Virus record (IMG/VR): IMGVR_UViG_3300020248_000002
DNA from: a virus
Length of the DNA: 64,000 nucleotides
Direction: 5' to 3' (one strand)
Of the stretch, positions 61,271-64,000 are shown piece by piece (within the stretch, counting starts at the first letter, position 1; each line of letters opens with the position of its first letter). A model generated the notes under the pieces. That model had not been told where the DNA came from and did not search any database. It saw nothing but the letters and a program-made list of their open reading frames with translations. The position numbers were made by a program, and so were the translations under genes.

Positions 61271-61705
61271 ATGCCAACTTTGACTTTTTCAAAACCCAGT
61301 ATTACAACCGCATTATTCGCTATGATGAAGTGTAATACAAAAGGAACTGGTCTAGGTAATACTGAAGTTATTACTAGGTTAGACGGTTCAAATATTGTTG
61401 ACGTAAAATTTTACGATACAATAATTGCTTCAATCGACCACACACATTTTGGTTATAGGTCGGTTAAATTATACAATGGTGGATTTAGAACCAAAACAAC
61501 TAAAGAGAGATTAAACGCAATTCTTAGTGAACTAACTAAGGATAGAGTTTATATCAAACAAGTAAAAAAACAATGGGTAGTAATTGACACTTTAACTGGT
61601 GCAGAAATTCAATTCTACGAAGGTATGAAAGTATTTGAAAAGCATTTAACTATTTCAGATATTGATTATTTTAACACTAACGGATACTACCCACTAGCAA
61701 GTTAG
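61271..61705 (+). CDS. conserved phage hypothetical protein
   Basis: GNTEV, GGFRTKTTKERLNAIL. Confidence 0.65.
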   Translation: MPTLTFSKPSITTALFAMMKCNTKGTGLGNTEVITRLDGSNIVDVKFYDTIIASIDHTHFGYRSVKLYNGGFRTKTTKERLNAILSELTKDRVYIKQVKKQWVVIDTLTGAEIQFYEGMKVFEKHLTISDIDYFNTNGYYPLAS

Positions 61706-61826
61706 ATAACTGGCATTAAAAGGTTTTAGTGTTCCCTTTTATGTAAGTCCAGTAATATTAATCATATCTCACACTATGGTTAATATTGTTAGGTTAAATT
61801 GATAAATTTAAAAATTTGGTTTTTTT

Positions 61827-61859
61827 AAGGTTAGAATTGGGAACTCTAACCTTTTTTTT
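61827..61859 (+). terminator. intrinsic terminator
   Basis: aaggttaga-attgggaac-tctaacc followed by T8. Confidence 0.75.
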
Positions 61860-61940
61860 ATGCTTTATTATTTCTTAATATTTCATACTCACATAATGTA
61901 AAAAATATGTTATCATAGTATTAACAACACTAATTACACT

Positions 61941-62549
61941 ATGTTCGAGTTTTATCCTTACGCTACAGAGAAGGGAAATATCCCAAACACTATAGTAAGT
62001 AAAATTAATTTTCCTAATAATAGTTTTGGAGCATCTATCGTTTACTTTGAAAATGATGGATTATATGAACTTGCTTTAACTAATAGTTTTGGAAGATTTA
62101 TAACTGGTAATGGAGCAGAATATAAGTATTCTTGCACATTAGCAGAAATTAACTCATATTTGAGACAATGGAGCGAATATTAAGAGAATATTAAATTCTC
62201 TTTTTTACTCTCACATATTTTAAAAAATATGTTATCATTAATTTATACAAAACACTTTTTTCCCAAAATGTACAAAATTGCAAATTTCACTCTTGACCTA
62301 TCTACAATTACAACAGAGGATTTAGTCAAAGTATTAGATAAAAAATTTAACTATTGTGGCAACTGGAAGGCAACAGTTTATTCACAGAAAAATTTAGAAG
62401 ATATTGCCCATAATGTTTTACAAGTTTTATATAAACGTGATTCTTGGGTATATGATAATGAAATTTATGTTTCAAGCGAAGTTTTAGAAACTGTTTTAGA
62501 GACAGTAATTCACATTTATGAGGGATATGTAAACCTTAAGAGATTGTAA
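61941..62549 (+). CDS. two monocistronic early-type hypothetical ORFs (61941-62183; 62268-62549)
   Basis: Each has its own TATGTTATCAT promoter box and ends in an aagaga...tctctttttt hairpin. Confidence 0.6.
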
Positions 62550-62621
62550 AAAATCTCTTTTTTTATTCCCATAAATCAAAAATTTATGTTATCATTAATT
62601 TAACAACACTAATTTCCCAAA

Positions 62622-63161
62622 ATGCAAACTTTATCTAACTCTCAGCAAACTAGACTAGACAAAATCAATGCTGACCTAAGAAAGTCAAGAGTTTTAGAAC
62701 TTAATGAAATTGTTAACCGTAGTTTACAATTTTCTACTGATTATGGAGTAGAATTTTCTAAAGTCTCAGAAATAGCACTTGATGAGGGAACAGAGAGACT
62801 AGACGAAATTCAAGAATTTCAAGAGACTTTCAACTTAGATATAGATGACGCTATTGAAGAAATTGACACATACGAAAATGTTTGTAATGAGTTACGTTAC
62901 TTCGATTCCCCAGTTGATGAAATTATTGAAGCATTTATTAACTTATTCAGTATAAACGACTTAATGCACTTAGAAGAGTCCTATAGAGGAAAATACTACA
63001 GCGGAGCAGAATTTACAGAGGAATTAATCGCAGAATGTGGTTATATTTCTAACTCACTTCCAAGTTGGATAGAGAACTGTATCGACTACGAAAAAATTTG
63101 GAATCATTCTCTAAGTTATGACTATTGCGAATGGGATAACCATATTTTTAGCAATTTCTAA
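62622..63161 (+). CDS. ArdA-like antirestriction protein, second copy
   Basis: YRGKYYSGAEFTEELI......LPSWIENCIDYEKIW...LSYDY; acidic. Confidence 0.62.
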   Translation: MQTLSNSQQTRLDKINADLRKSRVLELNEIVNRSLQFSTDYGVEFSKVSEIALDEGTERLDEIQEFQETFNLDIDDAIEEIDTYENVCNELRYFDSPVDEIIEAFINLFSINDLMHLEESYRGKYYSGAEFTEELIAECGYISNSLPSWIENCIDYEKIWNHSLSYDYCEWDNHIFSNF

Positions 63162-63192
63162 GTAAAAAAGGGTTTTAATTAATCTTATATAT

Positions 63193-63220
63193 AAAGGGAC
63201 TATTAACAAGTCCCTTTTTT
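63193..63220 (+). terminator. intrinsic terminator
   Basis: aaagggact-attaaca-agtccctttttt. Confidence 0.75.
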
Positions 63221-63234
63221 TATTATCCTTTAAA

Positions 63235-63600
63235 ATGATGACTATTTACACGTTTAAAAAAGTAGATGCGGAGACATTTATAGACGATAGCGGAAACATA
63301 TATAAACCTTTACCACTATATGAAGATTATTACATTAAGGAGAATGGCGAGGTCTATTCAACTAAGTGGGGAAAGTGGAAAAAACTTAGGACTCATATTA
63401 ATGAAAACGGTTACAAGAGAGTGACTTTACGACATAACGGTAAGACCGTAGTAAGGAGAATTGCTAGACTTGTTGCAAGTGCTTTTTTAAATGCGGAGAC
63501 TTCAGAAAGTGGACTAACTAACCCTATAGAACATAAGCAAGTGAGACATATAGATGGGAACAAAGTAAACGATCATTTTAAAAACTTGCGGTATAAGTAA
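63235..63600 (+). CDS. NUMOD4-HNH homing-endonuclease-like protein, probably degenerate
   Basis: YYI.ENGEVYS, GY.RVTL, RLVA.AF, HIDGNKVN..KNLRY then stop. Confidence 0.75.
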   Translation: MMTIYTFKKVDAETFIDDSGNIYKPLPLYEDYYIKENGEVYSTKWGKWKKLRTHINENGYKRVTLRHNGKTVVRRIARLVASAFLNAETSESGLTNPIEHKQVRHIDGNKVNDHFKNLRYK

Positions 63601-63830
63601 GCAAAAAACCCTATTAATAAAAAGGTATAAAAAAATATAGTTTATAATTTTATATCTCTTTAAATATCTCTAGGAATAGGAGTCTTAGGAAGTTAGCACG
63701 AAACGGATTTTTTTTCTACCTATTCTGTTACACTATGTCATAATAACTGCAACTTAACATATATTCCCAGATATTCACATATATTAGAATTATTCGCTAT
63801 AATTAATATAACAACACTAACTAACCCACT

Positions 63831-64000
63831 ATGGAAACTATTAATCTTAATAACATCACTTGGAGACAGTTCACACAGACAAAATATTTTCAGAAAAGAT
63901 TTAATATGGAAAAATTTACTATGGGCGTGTATGGTGCTAACAAATACCTATCTGAAACTCTTGCATATCTCAGAAAAGAAAATGCGATCCTAGTAGATGG
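63831..64000 (+). CDS. partial ORF running off the window
   Basis: ATG after TATAAT and an AACAACACT leader; no stop before the window end. Confidence 0.5.
   Translation, partial: METINLNNITWRQFTQTKYFQKRFNMEKFTMGVYGANKYLSETLAYLRKENAILVD

Larger units (their letters stand above)
59145..61885 (+). repeat. second repeated upstream-promoter motif, ATTATTTCTTAA(C/T)A(A/T)TTCA
   Basis: Copies at 59145-59163, 59696-59714, 61193-61209 (variant) and 61867-61885, each about 25-30 nt before a TG-extended -10-like box. Confidence 0.7.

Noticed and set aside
63600-63720. Replication origin in the AT-rich spacer
   Set aside because: No iterons or other support beyond AT richness, which is general in this region.

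Overview
64 kb of a T4-like marine cyanomyovirus genome (Kyanoviridae type). The host is probably Prochlorococcus, judged from the AT-rich sequence and the PTOX, cpeT, CP12, phoH and psbN-like genes. Layout: (1) 1-350, a stand-alone structured ncRNA (manA-like) with its own promoter and terminator. (2) 0.7-13 kb, a large virion protein followed by the T4 core block nrdC-rnh-thyX-phoH-exonuclease-gp33-gp32. (3) 13-27 kb, the baseplate/tail module (gp53, gp48, gp4, gp2, gp54, gp26, gp51, two tape-measure-like paralogues, hub, CP12, gp5). (4) 27-30 kb, auxiliary metabolic genes. (5) 30-39 kb, late tail-fibre genes. (6) 39-49 kb, an enzyme island with two flavin-dependent halogenases, about eight 2OG-Fe(II)-oxygenase-like proteins and a psbN-like gene. 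(7) 50-64 kb, an increasingly AT-rich early-type region of small acidic ORFs, including two ArdA-like proteins, a PD-(D/E)xK nuclease, an SF2 helicase and a degenerate HNH, arranged in cassettes behind repeated palindrome-promoter units. Main leads: a probable programmed -1 frameshift fusing gp26 to gp51 just upstream of the tape-measure genes; the halogenase/oxygenase island beside His/Gly-rich fibre genes; the GACA-N10-TGTCAC cassette array; and near-absence of RGCY, CATG and GCTGG sites. All calls are by-eye motif recognition; no searches or counts were run.
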